From positions 1-54,742 of IMG/VR virus record IMGVR_UViG_3300021961_000129: DNA of 54,742 nt; one strand, written 5' to 3'. The notes below the pieces were generated by a model. That model saw only the letters and a list, made by a program, of their open reading frames with translations, was not told the origin of the DNA and did no database searches. Source of the DNA: a virus. Lineage: Duplodnaviria > Caudoviricetes. The first letter of the stretch is position 1, and each line of letters begins with the position of its first letter. Shown here piece after piece: positions 26,601 to 38,700 of this stretch. Position numbers and translations under genes: made by a program.

Positions 26601-29600
26601 CTCCGTTGGTGTGTATGGATTTTCTGCATAAATTTGTGTAGCTTGATTATATGGACCGTACTTGTGATTAGGACTTGCCAGTCTTGATCTAAAAGAAGTG
26701 GTTCCAGAAGATCCCTGAATTGCTTCACCTACAGTAAATGTTCCACTGACCATTTGAATTTCGATTAGTTTTGGAACAATATATTTGTTCATATCTACAT
26801 TATCAAAAAATGCATATAATTGAGTTTTTGGTTTTAATCTTTTAGCTATAAATTCAATATTTCTGGATCTCATTACATGAATAACTTCAGTCGAAACAAC
26901 TTTAGATCCAAGATCCACAGTATCAAATTGTTCACTAACTTTATATTGAATTCCTTCTCTGCTTTGTTTTGTAGTTGTTAATGTAGTTACATTAGTAAAA
27001 GTTGTATATTGATCTCTATACTTAATATTTGTAGTAATGGGAATGCCTCTGCCATTTTGGAAACTGCCTCTAGATTCACTTCTACCAATTTCTTTGGATC
27101 CAATGAATATTGAACCCATATTTTTTCTACCGGTTTCGGTTGTTCCTGTCCAAGTAGTTTCCCAAGATCCCCAAGTAATTGGAGACAATCCAGTATTACT
27201 ATCAACACCTAATTGTTGTATAGTAGTATTATAACTACCCTCTTGGTCTACTGTTTTTTTAGATCCTTTTGTCTCTATCCATGTGTCTGTAGCCGGATTT
27301 AATTCTATAGCTCCGATCCAATTTACTACATTAAATGGATTTACATTTTCAACTCTTGTAGCAAATTTATTTTGAAGCCACTGAACATCAGTATATTTCA
27401 AACATACTACATCACCCACTTTGACTGTGTTTGGATTGCCCAAATCTTTAACAAATCGCAAATCTGCATCTGGATTAGAAGTATTTGCTACTCCAACAAC
27501 TGCTTCAGACCCCAAAAGAAGATCTATGGAAGTAGTATAATGTTGAGGTCTCAAATTACCTTCTTTGGTATCAATACTACACTTATGTGATGGATCACCT
27601 AAAGAACCAGAAAAATCAGATTTGAAGTTATCTACAAAAAATCCAGTTTTAAATCTATCCAGACCAGTTGTCGCGTCCTTGAGAGTTAAATTCTTAGTAT
27701 CAGATTCGAGTAATGATAAAGAAGTATAATATTCAACATTTTTTAAACGATCATCAATTCTTGTAATATCTTTCATTCTATAACGTTTGTGAGCTGTAAG
27801 TTGTACAGTCACATCATCTTTATTATAGATATATGGAGGTAATAGTATTGTCGCAATTTCCAATGAAGTTTCTACTTCTGGTGGAACTTGTGGATTCAAA
27901 GAAGGATTTCCTTGATTTAAGAAAAATTGACCATTCTTATTAACATAAAGTTTATCAATTCTGCCGAGATAGTACTCATAAGAAACTACTAAATTTTTAT
28001 CTTTTGCAAAGTTATAAGGTGTTGAATTAGTAGAAGAAGTAAAAGTTCTAGCCTTATGTTCAAAAGGAGAATATGTACTTGTTGAATCGTCATATGGTGA
28101 AACTCTTGGTCTTAAATCAATTATATCATTTGCTCTTATCGTTTCTATGAAAGGCAAATCTGTAGAAAATCTTTCTTTATCATAAGAACTAACTATTACT
28201 ACATCTCCATCATCCGAAGGATCAATATAATAACTATTATAAACAATTTTCAATTTTCTAGTTGGTGCAGTAACATTTTCTTTTCTTACGATATACGAAT
28301 AGTCAGCTATTTCTAGTTCCTGACCCGAAAATAGAATAAAATCGGTGACTATATTTCTATCTCCCTCAATCACTGAAGAAACATTGGCAGTTACATTCGA
28401 CTCTTCAAATACTACTTTTTCATCCTTAAGAAAAGTATTTTCATTGATATAAACAAATTCGACTTGATTTGTCCCGTTATTAGAAACTAAAGTTCCTATA
28501 GCGTTACTATTAAGTCCACGAATCAATTCCCCCTTTACAGAGTTCAAAACATTTACATTAAAATTCGTAAGTTCTAATTTTGGAAGATCTGGTTCATTTG
28601 AATCAGAAGACTCAAATATTCCAAGTAAAGAAACTACGTCAGGAACTCTTAGAGAAATATCATTATCTTGAACTCTAGTACCATAAACTGAGCTGTATGT
28701 TAATCCATCACCTAAAGTAGTACTTCCTACTCCAGAAGCAACATTTGAAGATCTGGTAACATTAAGAACTTCACCTCGATTGTATATTTTTTTTCTAGGT
28801 TTTAATTTTTTCTTTTTAAGGGTTGCTGTTAGTACAGCTGATCCATTTTGAGATAATCCGGTTAAAGTAATAGTTCTACCAGATACAGAAACCTGAGAAC
28901 TAGTAAGAGATTCTATATCTCCATTTGAAAAAACTAAATTATAATCTTCCTCATCAAATTCTTCCAGAGTAACATCTAAACCGGTTTCCAATGTTGCTGT
29001 TAGACTATTGGAAGATATAGTAACATCATATGATTTTCTGAACACAATATCTGCGTCATTTAAATTAACAGATGATATATCAGTATTTTCAAAAAGAGTA
29101 AATAAGAATGATTCTTTAGAATTTAGAAGTTCTGGAACAACTTTATATACATCTGACGATGTTATAGATGAAGTTGGCAATCCTCCACTAGAAACTCCAG
29201 CAACAGATGTTGTAGATTGAACAACTATAGATTTTGTTGTTGCATTAACTGAAGAAACTATGTTATATGTTGGAAGAGTCTGACCAGATTTTGTATATGT
29301 AATTATGTCTCCGGTATTAATTCCAACTCCAAAAGTTTTGTAAGAAGATGTTATTGTACTAATGCCACCGGAAGAAGTAGATATTGATAAAGACGATCCT
29401 TGTGGAGCTAATGCTATTGGTTGCGACAGAACAAGATCAGCAGTAAAGGAAGCACCACCATCCAAACTTACTACTTGTCTAGCATCACCAAGAGAATAAT
29501 CTCTAACAGAAGTAATAGTTCTGGAAACATCCTCGCCATTAATTTTTAAGGCCTCATCTACAAGAAATGTTCCTGCAATTTCATATAGAACCAATTGGTT

Positions 29601-31112
29601 GCTATTTGTTACGTTCTGAACCAAATATCCATATGCAGAACTATTTTTACCTTCAATAAAAGCAGGTGTATTTAATGTAATTGTTGAATTTAAGTTTAAA
29701 TATGTGTATGTCTGTATGTCATATAAAGAAATCTCAAACAAAGTAGAATTATCTTGATACTCTTGATTTTTTAATTTTAAATCATAAACTCTACCAACTC
29801 CGATAGGAATTCCAGAAGCTACTCCTTGAGTGGAAGTTCTATTCGAGTAAAAATTAACTTGACTTGTAGTTCCAAATCCAACTGACAATCCACCAAAAAC
29901 ATTATTCAATTCAAATTGATTTCCAAGACTAAATGGAATCGTTGCTGATTCCACTTTATCCGTTGTTCTTGGTTTATTTACGTCAAGATTAATAGTATTC
30001 AGAGTTTCTACTTCATATCCCCTAACATAAGCTTTTCCTGGAGATATTTGTAAAGTAAGGAGATCTTCAGATGGAGAATTTCCTTGTTTCGTTAGTTGAT
30101 TCCTATTATAGACACCATTATTACCTATGCCATTATTTAAAGTCTCTTTGGCAACTACATTAAAAGGCTTTACATAATAATCACCAGATTCGTCATAGGT
30201 TCTTCTGGCTAATTCTTGAGTTATTAAATTATTCGTATCTTCTTTTTTAGTGAATTTCTGGAGAACTCCGTTTTCAATTCTCATCAATTCAATAAAATTT
30301 TCATCATTAAAGTCGTTTAAACTCTTTTTACTGAGAACCGTAGTAATCTTTAATCTATCTGCACCTGGAGCCGCAAAGTTGGAAAATCCTCTTGCATTAT
30401 CATATAGATCTGAGTTATTCTGAGATGCAGAAGCTAATTCTTCAAGAATTGTCAGTCCTACTCTATAAGATGGTAAATTTGAATATTGATCTAGAATTAC
30501 AGTCTGAGGAAAAACATCAACAAAAAATCCCCTTACAAAATAAACACCCTGTTCAATTTTTGCAGCTGATCCAGTAGATGTAGAAGAAGATACAATTGAT
30601 GTAGCAAATGAAGTATTTTCTCTTATAATTGATATGCCATAATCAATATTCTCAAGAGAAAGTAAATTTTCACCATCCACAAATGTATTAGTATTGAAAT
30701 TTGTTTCACTTGAACTTTGATACTTTATATAAAGAGTATAATTTTCATTGTCAGATTGTACATCTGTAATATAACTTTCTACTTTTGCTGTTACTCCACT
30801 AACTTCTCCCTTAATGGTCTTTCCAATTAATTTATCAATATATAGAGATACCGAGATTCCCAAGTGTGTTGGGTCAATTTGTACACAAGTATATTCGGAA
30901 TCATAAGCAATGCTTCCTGGAATAACTACAGAACCTTCTTTGAAGAAATGTTTTCCAAATTTTTCTACTTGATTTTGTAGAATTGACTGAAGCGTAGTCA
31001 ATTCTCTCGCTTGTATTGGAGTTCCTGGTTTAAATAAAACCTTTTGATAGCCTTTTGTTACATCAAAATCATCAAAATATGGAGAAGCATTTAAATTAGT
31101 GTTTTGTGCCAT
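23607..31112 (-). CDS. DUF4815/VrlC-like large baseplate/fibre-associated structural protein (2501 aa)
   Basis: NLNASPYFDDFD..YQKVLFKPGTPIQARELTTLQSILQNQ, APGADRLKI, LARRTYDESGDY, DPLAQSF and PRIKDLRAIA motifs. Confidence 0.85.
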   Translation of the reverse strand: MAQNTNLNASPYFDDFDVTKGYQKVLFKPGTPIQARELTTLQSILQNQVEKFGKHFFKEGSVVIPGSIAYDSEYTCVQIDPTHLGISVSLYIDKLIGKTIKGEVSGVTAKVESYITDVQSDNENYTLYIKYQSSSETNFNTNTFVDGENLLSLENIDYGISIIRENTSFATSIVSSSTSTGSAAKIEQGVYFVRGFFVDVFPQTVILDQYSNLPSYRVGLTILEELASASQNNSDLYDNARGFSNFAAPGADRLKITTVLSKKSLNDFNDENFIELMRIENGVLQKFTKKEDTNNLITQELARRTYDESGDYYVKPFNVVAKETLNNGIGNNGVYNRNQLTKQGNSPSEDLLTLQISPGKAYVRGYEVETLNTINLDVNKPRTTDKVESATIPFSLGNQFELNNVFGGLSVGFGTTSQVNFYSNRTSTQGVASGIPIGVGRVYDLKLKNQEYQDNSTLFEISLYDIQTYTYLNLNSTITLNTPAFIEGKNSSAYGYLVQNVTNSNQLVLYEIAGTFLVDEALKINGEDVSRTITSVRDYSLGDARQVVSLDGGASFTADLVLSQPIALAPQGSSLSISTSSGGISTITSSYKTFGVGINTGDIITYTKSGQTLPTYNIVSSVNATTKSIVVQSTTSVAGVSSGGLPTSSITSSDVYKVVPELLNSKESFLFTLFENTDISSVNLNDADIVFRKSYDVTISSNSLTATLETGLDVTLEEFDEEDYNLVFSNGDIESLTSSQVSVSGRTITLTGLSQNGSAVLTATLKKKKLKPRKKIYNRGEVLNVTRSSNVASGVGSTTLGDGLTYSSVYGTRVQDNDISLRVPDVVSLLGIFESSDSNEPDLPKLELTNFNVNVLNSVKGELIRGLNSNAIGTLVSNNGTNQVEFVYINENTFLKDEKVVFEESNVTANVSSVIEGDRNIVTDFILFSGQELEIADYSYIVRKENVTAPTRKLKIVYNSYYIDPSDDGDVVIVSSYDKERFSTDLPFIETIRANDIIDLRPRVSPYDDSTSTYSPFEHKARTFTSSTNSTPYNFAKDKNLVVSYEYYLGRIDKLYVNKNGQFFLNQGNPSLNPQVPPEVETSLEIATILLPPYIYNKDDVTVQLTAHKRYRMKDITRIDDRLKNVEYYTSLSLLESDTKNLTLKDATTGLDRFKTGFFVDNFKSDFSGSLGDPSHKCSIDTKEGNLRPQHYTTSIDLLLGSEAVVGVANTSNPDADLRFVKDLGNPNTVKVGDVVCLKYTDVQWLQNKFATRVENVNPFNVVNWIGAIELNPATDTWIETKGSKKTVDQEGSYNTTIQQLGVDSNTGLSPITWGSWETTWTGTTETGRKNMGSIFIGSKEIGRSESRGSFQNGRGIPITTNIKYRDQYTTFTNVTTLTTTKQSREGIQYKVSEQFDTVDLGSKVVSTEVIHVMRSRNIEFIAKRLKPKTQLYAFFDNVDMNKYIVPKLIEIQMVSGTFTVGEAIQGSSGTTSFRSRLASPNHKYGPYNQATQIYAENPYTPTETISSSYSSTSTLLNIDTASLELQSASGYYGNVITGMQLKGEVSGAIAKITNVRLVTDSAGTLIGSLFIPNSNLASTPSFETGTKTFTLTTSSTNVTISGATDSTGETRFTSSGTLNNVEETTLRIRNAKVERLVKTDERTIKSEKTETVASTTFSNRSTTQTRWVDPLAQSFEVPDESGIFITKVDVFFKTKDTKNLPITMQIRTMQTGLPTQEILPFGEIVLDPSEVDLSDDGSKKTTFTFPSPVYCETGKSYCVVLLSASDEYTVFISRMGEEDVTTISKIESEKIIVSQQPLLGSLFKSQNGATWDPSQLEDLKLTIYRADFYKGSSTVRFYNPTLDIGNKQIASLKANPLDCISRSLIVGLGKSLTSSEVSNLTSGVTILQNNNGNFRGNLKSVVGSIGIGSTLSLTSVGSAFTASFQTYSNVNLISLTGKGFGAKVNLSVQNGVAIAATVSVGGTGYVYGDALTVDYTQTDNLGKNLILSIPNSVGVISAFNSLLLDRVQGTPQQNTTDALFYVGTSGTSSLPNANVTYINEITDGLHFRVSHNNHGMYSTNDRVTLSGLEPDLKPSTLNSSYSSSSTSNIVVSSVGIFTSFENVTVSSLNPGYILIDSEIIKYTGVVTSTNSLTGITRKIDSSIAGSYSSGDSVYKYEVNGVSLRRINKTHSLADTDLSKYPQDLDYYYIKVGMSTGGTDRTSGNTNSFPELYFNSDKSCGSYDIVPSSGSIKGPKATQNIPFNAILPNFQVMLPEGTSISARARTFSASTPDSNLNAFVDQGFQEITINQTNTFNSPRLIASRINETTKLADYPGNKSFTIELELTTDESKVSPMIDLDRVNLITIANRINSKVSNYATDSRVNSILEDPTAAVYLSKIVVLEKVADNIKVLFDAFRHSTSDIRVLYRLFRSDATTEPLWELFPGYTNLDANGQVINPSDNNGLPDKQVLSAASEDEFSSYEYTATSLPQFSGFQIKILMTGTNSSFVPRIKDLRAIASI

Positions 31113-31118
31113 GTTAAT

Positions 31119-32714
31119 TTAGAACTCCAGTATGACTTTAATATCTTCTTTTTGACTAGATGATCTTGGTATTGGTTGTCTATTATCTATGTAGATAATC
31201 TCACCAGATTTTTTGTTATACTCAGCTGAGGATATACCAGACACAAAATCAAGTCCTAACTGATATATTCTATTATTTATTGTTGTAGTAATACCATTAA
31301 AATTAGTATTAATAGAAAGAGCAGGTCCAATTATGGAAGAACAATTAATAGTTGTTCCATACCCAGGATCTGGATTTGAAGTAAATGGAATTATCTTATA
31401 TCCTGTCTCACTAGAAGCTAATCCCGTTGATTGATAATATTTCAATACTCCGCTAATTGGATCCCAAGAAGCAACAAAGCCAATAGCAGTTGATCCCAGA
31501 CCAACAGTTTGTTTAATTACAGAATCTACTCCATATGTTGTATTAGTTGTTACGCCAGAAAGTTTTAATGCTTGCAATCCACTAACCAGAGAAGTATTTA
31601 ATACTTCTGTAGAACTGCCAACAACTTTTGGATTTAACATAATTCCAACTCGGGCAAAATCATTTCCCAAAATAATATCAGGATTAGACTCCAAAGTTTC
31701 AAATCTAGAGTATAGAAGAACTCTATAAGAACCCAACTCTCTATAGATATCATAACCATGTCCACCTTTCGGCGGTATGATTACATTAAAAGAAGCAAAA
31801 GATGTTGTACCAATACCCACATTGGTTAATTGATTCAAAGGACCATTTGTTTCGGATCCTGGAGCTCCAGGTTTAAACTGAATTGTACCATAAGTATAAT
31901 TTTTGCCTCCGTCAGTAACAAAAATTTCCGAAACTTTTCCGAAAGAATCAATAGTTATTGTTGCTTTTCCTCCAGTACCATCACCAAGTATAGGTACATT
32001 TGAAAAAGATGTGGAGATTGGTTGGTAATTAGAACCTCTATTTGTAATTAAAACTACCTCTATTTTCCCATCAATAGAATTATTTTTTGTTGATATACTT
32101 TCTCCAGTAAGTCCCCATTGATCAGGAACTGGAATATATTCAATAGAATCGAATTTTACAATTTCTGAAGGTTTTATGGTATATAAGTATTTCCAGAGAT
32201 AACCATCCCCACTAGTTCCCGCTTCTCTTGGTTCTAGATCGATAAATGTTGGTTCGTCATAAGATGGTCTACCTTTAGGGTTTTCTGGATCAGTTCCATT
32301 CTGGAGACATATGTAGACTCTCAGATCCTGATTAATTACATAGTAATTAGATTCATAAAGAGATGATGAATTTGATACTGGAGAAGGATTATAGATGTTA
32401 TAGTCATGTCTATACATTTCATATGTAGTACCAACCGTCCAATTTACTTTTCTTACCAATCTCCTAACATCTTGATTGGTAATTTGTTTCATAGCTATAA
32501 TGCTTTCCTTTATTTGGTTTTCCTCTTGAAATCCGTCCAAAGGAGATGGAGTATTTGTAATCCAATTTGGAGAACCTCCAGAAGCAGGATTTGAAGAATT
32601 TGGCAAACCAATAAAAGTATAATACTTATTAGTAGTGTCTCCTACACCAGAAACACTTTTAATAAAGTTTTCCGCATTTAGTATTCTAAATTGGTCCGAT
32701 ATAATGGCAGGCAT
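31119..32714 (-). CDS. gp8: Baseplate wedge subunit
   Basis: MPAIISDQFRILNA, YYVINQDLRVYICL, DGYLWKYLYTI, PPKGGHG and SGEIIYIDNR..QKEDIKVILEF; synteny gp6-gp7-gp8. Confidence 0.9.
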   Translation of the reverse strand: MPAIISDQFRILNAENFIKSVSGVGDTTNKYYTFIGLPNSSNPASGGSPNWITNTPSPLDGFQEENQIKESIIAMKQITNQDVRRLVRKVNWTVGTTYEMYRHDYNIYNPSPVSNSSSLYESNYYVINQDLRVYICLQNGTDPENPKGRPSYDEPTFIDLEPREAGTSGDGYLWKYLYTIKPSEIVKFDSIEYIPVPDQWGLTGESISTKNNSIDGKIEVVLITNRGSNYQPISTSFSNVPILGDGTGGKATITIDSFGKVSEIFVTDGGKNYTYGTIQFKPGAPGSETNGPLNQLTNVGIGTTSFASFNVIIPPKGGHGYDIYRELGSYRVLLYSRFETLESNPDIILGNDFARVGIMLNPKVVGSSTEVLNTSLVSGLQALKLSGVTTNTTYGVDSVIKQTVGLGSTAIGFVASWDPISGVLKYYQSTGLASSETGYKIIPFTSNPDPGYGTTINCSSIIGPALSINTNFNGITTTINNRIYQLGLDFVSGISSAEYNKKSGEIIYIDNRQPIPRSSSQKEDIKVILEF

Positions 32715-32737
32715 TTTATAAATAGACTTTTCTTTAT

Positions 32738-35700
32738 TTAGTTACTTAAAAGTCCCCTTGTTCTAATAACCTTAGGAGAAGTTGATAAACCACTTATTCC
32801 ATTAAGAGTTTCCGCAAAGAATTTAGCTGGCCCACCTTCAGATAAAGATCTATTTTGGAAATCATAAATTTTACCCCAACTATATCTACCATAAAAATCA
32901 TTTGTTCCAATTCCACTATTATTTTCACCCCTCTTATAAACTTTAATATAATTATCGGTCATTGGAGCAAAATGACAGGTAACTGTAACTATTCCAGAAT
33001 TTGGAGTAGTTACATCTTCAACTCTGTATACTCCATCAATAAAAGTCTTTGCAATTCCAATAATTGAATTTGGAAATTGTCCCATTCCTCCCAATAAAGT
33101 GCTTATTCCTATTAGACTTCCACCAGTTAGTACATTGCTGTCGGTAATCACAAAATAATCTCCTTTTTCCAATTGACTATTATTGATACCAAAAGAACTT
33201 AAAGCAGAATACCCTACTCCTAAAGTACTATTATCATAAGTTTCAGATTTTAAAACAAATTCTATCTTTGGTGATGTAGTTCCTATTCCAGGTGTTCCAG
33301 AAATAAAAGTGTTTATTCCAATAATAACTCCATGATCTCCTTTAACTTTTACCGATCTTATACGCTCAGACGAGAATCTGTCGGGTTCTATCATTACAGC
33401 AGGAGGTTCTGATTGCGAATATCCAAATCCTCCATCAATAATAGTTATTGAAGTTACTATTCCTGTAGTAGAGTTGACTCCAGAAACTGCAGTGGCTCCA
33501 TGGACAACTGGTTCTGAATATATCGCAGTGCCTGCGGATCCTACAGCAATGTATCTACCATTTATACCTAAAGAACTATCAAAAACTAAATCTACAATTG
33601 CATTAGGTTGTAATGTTGATCTTGGAACCCAATTCAATAAGTCAAAAGAATAGAATATATTCCCTAAACTGTTAACAACAACGTAAAAACCATAATTGTA
33701 TTTTATGTTGACCAAATCATCGGTTAAATTGGTAGATAAAACTTCATAAGAATCTCTAGTTATAGATCTCAAAATAACACCATTATTTCCAACAATAATA
33801 AATTTATTTTCCGCATATATAACCTTATTTAAATTAGTTACTACGGGACTTTGATTCAATTCCCAAATTAATCCAGTGTTTGAAGAAACTATAGTACCAT
33901 CATTTCCAATTGCTACAAAATAATCTACCCCAAAAGTAACACTATTGAGATCTCTAAGAGTTCTGGAGAACCTGTTTATAAATCTATCCGTATGTATTCC
34001 AGATCCAACAAATATTGATCCTGCAGCTCCAACAGTAACCCAAGTATTGGATGTTGAACTATAAACAATATCATTAAGAGTTCCAGAATAACCACTTATA
34101 CTTTGGCCAGCAACTCCAAAACCAGGAATAGAAATATCAACATATTTGTCTATCTCAGTCCAAGTAGAAATAGTATTCGAATATCCTACCGATTTTGCTA
34201 TTTTTCCAAAAGATCCTACAGAAATAATAATATCAGAGTTTCCAACTCCAACAGAATATAAAGACTTAAAGTTTGTTGTAGCGCCCAATCCGATATTTCC
34301 AGTTTGCCAATTTATACCATCTTCACTGTCTGCATACAAAGAACTATTACCAACAGCAATTACTCTCTTGCCAAAAATTATAGAATTAAATCTAGAAAAA
34401 GTAGTAATTCCGATAATATTGTCAGATCCTTTCCAGTTATAAATTGGATCTTTAATTTTTATAGCAGAGACTGATATGTTAACTACTGGAGAAAGAGAAA
34501 TTCCATATCCAACTCCAGGATATTCTATATTAATTGCAGAAACGGAAGAAGCAGAGGAAACCACGGAAGTTGCTTGAGCTGGTTCAATAACTTTACTATC
34601 AAAGATAACAACATCTCTCAAATCCTCCGACAAACTATCGGTTCCATCAAAGAATGGGAAAACATTATCGACATAAATTTGTGTATCTTCAAGTTCAACA
34701 TTTCTTATTAATGATGCATTTGGTTTTATTATACTCTGCAAACTTGGTCTTGCTTTTGAATATAATGTTCCATTAATTATCCTATCTTTTTTCTGTTTTC
34801 TCCAACGCAATGGTCTATTTTTAGTCGAATCTGTATCAATACCAACACTACTGTAAGTGAATGTATCTAATTGATCTGAAGAAGTTATTTTTTTAACAAC
34901 TCTTTCAAATTGTGTAATATCAAATAGATCATCTGCACTTTCCTCAATAATAATTTCATCTCCGATTTTAATTGTTTTTGGTGGATCCACTTCCTCAACA
35001 TCAATTGATGATCCTCTATAATATAATATGGTACATTTTGATCCTGGTTTTGGTGCCTCTTTAAATGAAACTCTACTTCCTTGGAATGTATAGGCGTCAA
35101 TGGGATTTTGTAATATATCATTAATAAAGATGAAAATATTATTTGTTATATCCAAATCAGACCCAGTAAGTGTTTTAAGACTTAGAATTTGTTTAACACC
35201 ATTTACTTCAACTACTAAACTAAATTTCTTTCGGAATCCATTGAAATTTGAAGAAATATCTTCGAATAGAATAAACTGACCAGGATAGAAGGAATGGAAT
35301 TTATCAGTTTCGACTTCTTCAACAGTAATTCTAAATTCACTAAACCCAACACCAACATTTGGATCTGTTGTTATTCCTGAGACTTTAAGAATATCGCCAA
35401 CTCGATATCCTTTGCCAACCTCATCAAATTTGAATGATATTATACTAGATCCCATACCAACTTCAACAGTAACCTTTGCATCCTGACCAACTCCAGAACT
35501 TCCAGTTATATAAGAAACCGGTAGATTACTATATCCAGTAGGTATACCAATGTTTATAATTGGTAAAGATGTTGATGTATATCCAGAACCAGCATTTACA
35601 ATTGTAAATCCAGTAATTGTACCACCAGAACCAACTGTTGCTGTAAAACTAGCTCCTGTACCAATGGTGGAAGCGATACTAATTGCAGGAGGATTTCGAT

Positions 35701-38700
35701 ATCCACTTCCATTTCCAATAAGTGTTATTGTGGAAATAGTTCCAGAAGCAGAAACAGATACAGTTGCAGCTGCCCCTATTCTTGGTTGATACCCAAATCC
35801 TGTGGTAATTGCAACTTTGGATATTCTTCCTGCAGATGGAGTACCAGATAAGAATCTTATTACATTATTCGGAGTTCCATCAATAGTAAAATCTGATTGA
35901 GGAACTTGGAAAACATTGTTTATAAAAACAAATGGATTATTGCTAATATTTGTTGCACTATTAACATCATTAAATAACACTTCAGTATTTTCACCACCAG
36001 ATTTTAAAGTAAATTCTGTGGCTGCTATTCCTGTAAAAGATAAAGATATATCATCAACTATAATATTTTTATTTTTCGGTTCCGAAGCATCAAAAGATCT
36101 AGAAAAAACTCTTCCCGCAAAAATTGACCCTGTTTGTAGTCCTATTGGTCCTATTTTACCATAAGGAGCTGTACTAAAGTGAATAATATCCTTGACAATA
36201 TTGAAATTACCAGTTAAAACTGTACCAGAAACTCCAACCGTATGAATTCCGGTGTTACTTCCTAAAAATCCTCTTTCAACTTCAACAAAATTGGAAGAAG
36301 TCACTCCAGAAGACTTTACTAACATATACTCTTCACTAAAATTCAAAATATCTCCTGTTTTTAATGAAGATATTCCTGAAGTTATTTCCAAAATTGTTGT
36401 TGATGAAGTAGAAACTGGAGATCCTAGATTTACAATTAAAGATTTTCTCGTTAAAGGGCTTTGAACTACACCATCAACAGATATTATTGAACTGCTGTTT
36501 GGATCTTTATAACTAAATATATGATTCCCTGTACCAAGTCCAGTAATATCTAGAGTTGTACCAGAAGTAGATAATCCAAAAAGTCTAAATTGATTATCAT
36601 TTAATTTAAAGACAAATAGTGACTTAGGAAGTACATTTGTTCCCAATTCTGAAGGACTGAAGGATACATAGTCATTTGTAGATCCCCCAAGATATGTACC
36701 AGCAACAGATATTATAGACGTATATGCATATCCAGAAGCTCCATATACTACTTTTACATCCGAAATATAACCAGAATTATTTCTAGTTATATTAAATAAA
36801 GATCCACTAAGATCTGTAGAAGGCACATTTGTATAAACTTCATTTGCTCTAGTTTGAATTCCTGTAGGTCCGACTTTCGAAACAACAAAACTGAGATCGT
36901 TTGTTGGTGAACTCCCTCCCAAATAAGTTCCGGCTACAGAAACTACATCACCAACAGAATATCCTTCACCACCAGAAACTAAAACTAAAGAAGTTGAAAT
37001 TGGTTGGCCGGTAGTAACATTATAAGAAATGAAAGCATTAAATTTAGCATCTGTACCTATTCCACTTGTGGCCAATCCAACAACTTGGAGATATTCTCTA
37101 AAACTTGGCCCAGCAGGAACAAGTACTGTAGATATTCCCGTTATAGATGTTTGTATAGCTACTGGATATCCTTGTTCCAATATTGCAGTTCCTGTTAAAT
37201 TGGAGTTATCGATATTCATTAAAACAGAAGTAATACCAATAACATATGAAGTTGTGGCGATTCCAATAGGACTTCCATCTGTTTCATATATTAATTCGTG
37301 ACCTGTTTGGAAATTGTGATTTGGAACAACAAAGGTATTTGTTTCTGATGATATTCCATTAACACCAGAATTAGAAGATTCGATAATATGGCTAAAGAGT
37401 GGAGTTCCTTTATTTTTTAATTTAAATGTACTTAGTCCAACTATTTGACCACCTCTGGTTAAAGATGGATAAATTATGGAACTTGGTGCTGCAGTAGTTC
37501 CAATTCCAATTATTGATGTTATTATTCCAACATAATTTCCTATTGCAGTCCAAACATCAGCACAACAATTTTCACTATACGTAGGACTACAAACTTCATC
37601 AGATAAAATTCTAGAATCTATATATTGTGTAGTTGAAATAAAAGCTCTTTGAATTGAACCGCCATTTACATAATTATGTGTTATAGTTGATGGTCCTGGA
37701 TTTATTCTAAATCTTGTGGAATCAATAATTTCAACTTCATAAACAAATCCTTTTGGAGACAATGGACCATTTCCATCTGGACCATTCCCCAAATTCGGGA
37801 AAATAGCTGTGTTTATTCCGCCGCCAGAATCACAAGAAAATACCAAATCTTTCAACACAACATAATTTTTTGTTGTAGTAGAAAGTCCATGACTAGTTGT
37901 GGTTCCTACAGTAGCGATACCAGTTATGTTATTATAAACAACAGAAGAAACTCCAACAGTATTTGCAAGTTGATATGATGTTTTCACACCAACGTTATTG
38001 ATAATATATTTCGATAAATCTACGATATATTTGAATCCAGATATAGTTTCTATAGTTTCTCCACTTACGTAATTTGTGCCAATTCCACTCCAATAAGCTA
38101 ATCCAGCTTCTATTGATTTATTGTTTGATTTATATTTAACATCATGAGAAACTGCATCGATAATATATCCAACATCCCTTTTACAAATACTTCTATCCCA
38201 GTCAATATTTGTAGTTATTCCTGGATAAGTAGCTGTGATAAATCCAACAACTTCTTCCATGATAAAATCTCTATTTGACTGAAGTAAATCGGAAGCATCA
38301 GCATATCTACCATCTACTTGCTGTAAAGAAGATCCATCAAATTGATCCGATATATCGTCAATTCTAAGAACTTTATTTGTTTTATTAAGAATAAATGGTC
38401 TTAGATTGATTCCATCATTAAAATAAACCGATTCTACGGAACCATCTTCTAAAGTAGTATCTTCATACACTCTAACAAAATTTGGCCTATCATACATAGA
38501 AATTTCATTATCAAGATTAATACTTAAAGAAGAATCAGTTTGTAATATCTTAGGCTTCATGTTAGTTGAATTGGAAGATCCAACAACTGTAGGTTCAGTA
38601 TAAATTACAAGATCGGAAAACTCTTTAAATCCTGAAGGGTGTACTGTAGATCTTACAGATTCTCTCCATATGTTATATGGAACATCGCTCTTTATAGAAT

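Noticed and set aside
32717-32724. TATAAATA on the plus strand between gp8 and gp7
   Set aside because: Lies in a very AT-rich spacer, points antisense with no ORF and is likely chance; a minus-strand CTAAATA at ~32735 better explains gp8 expression
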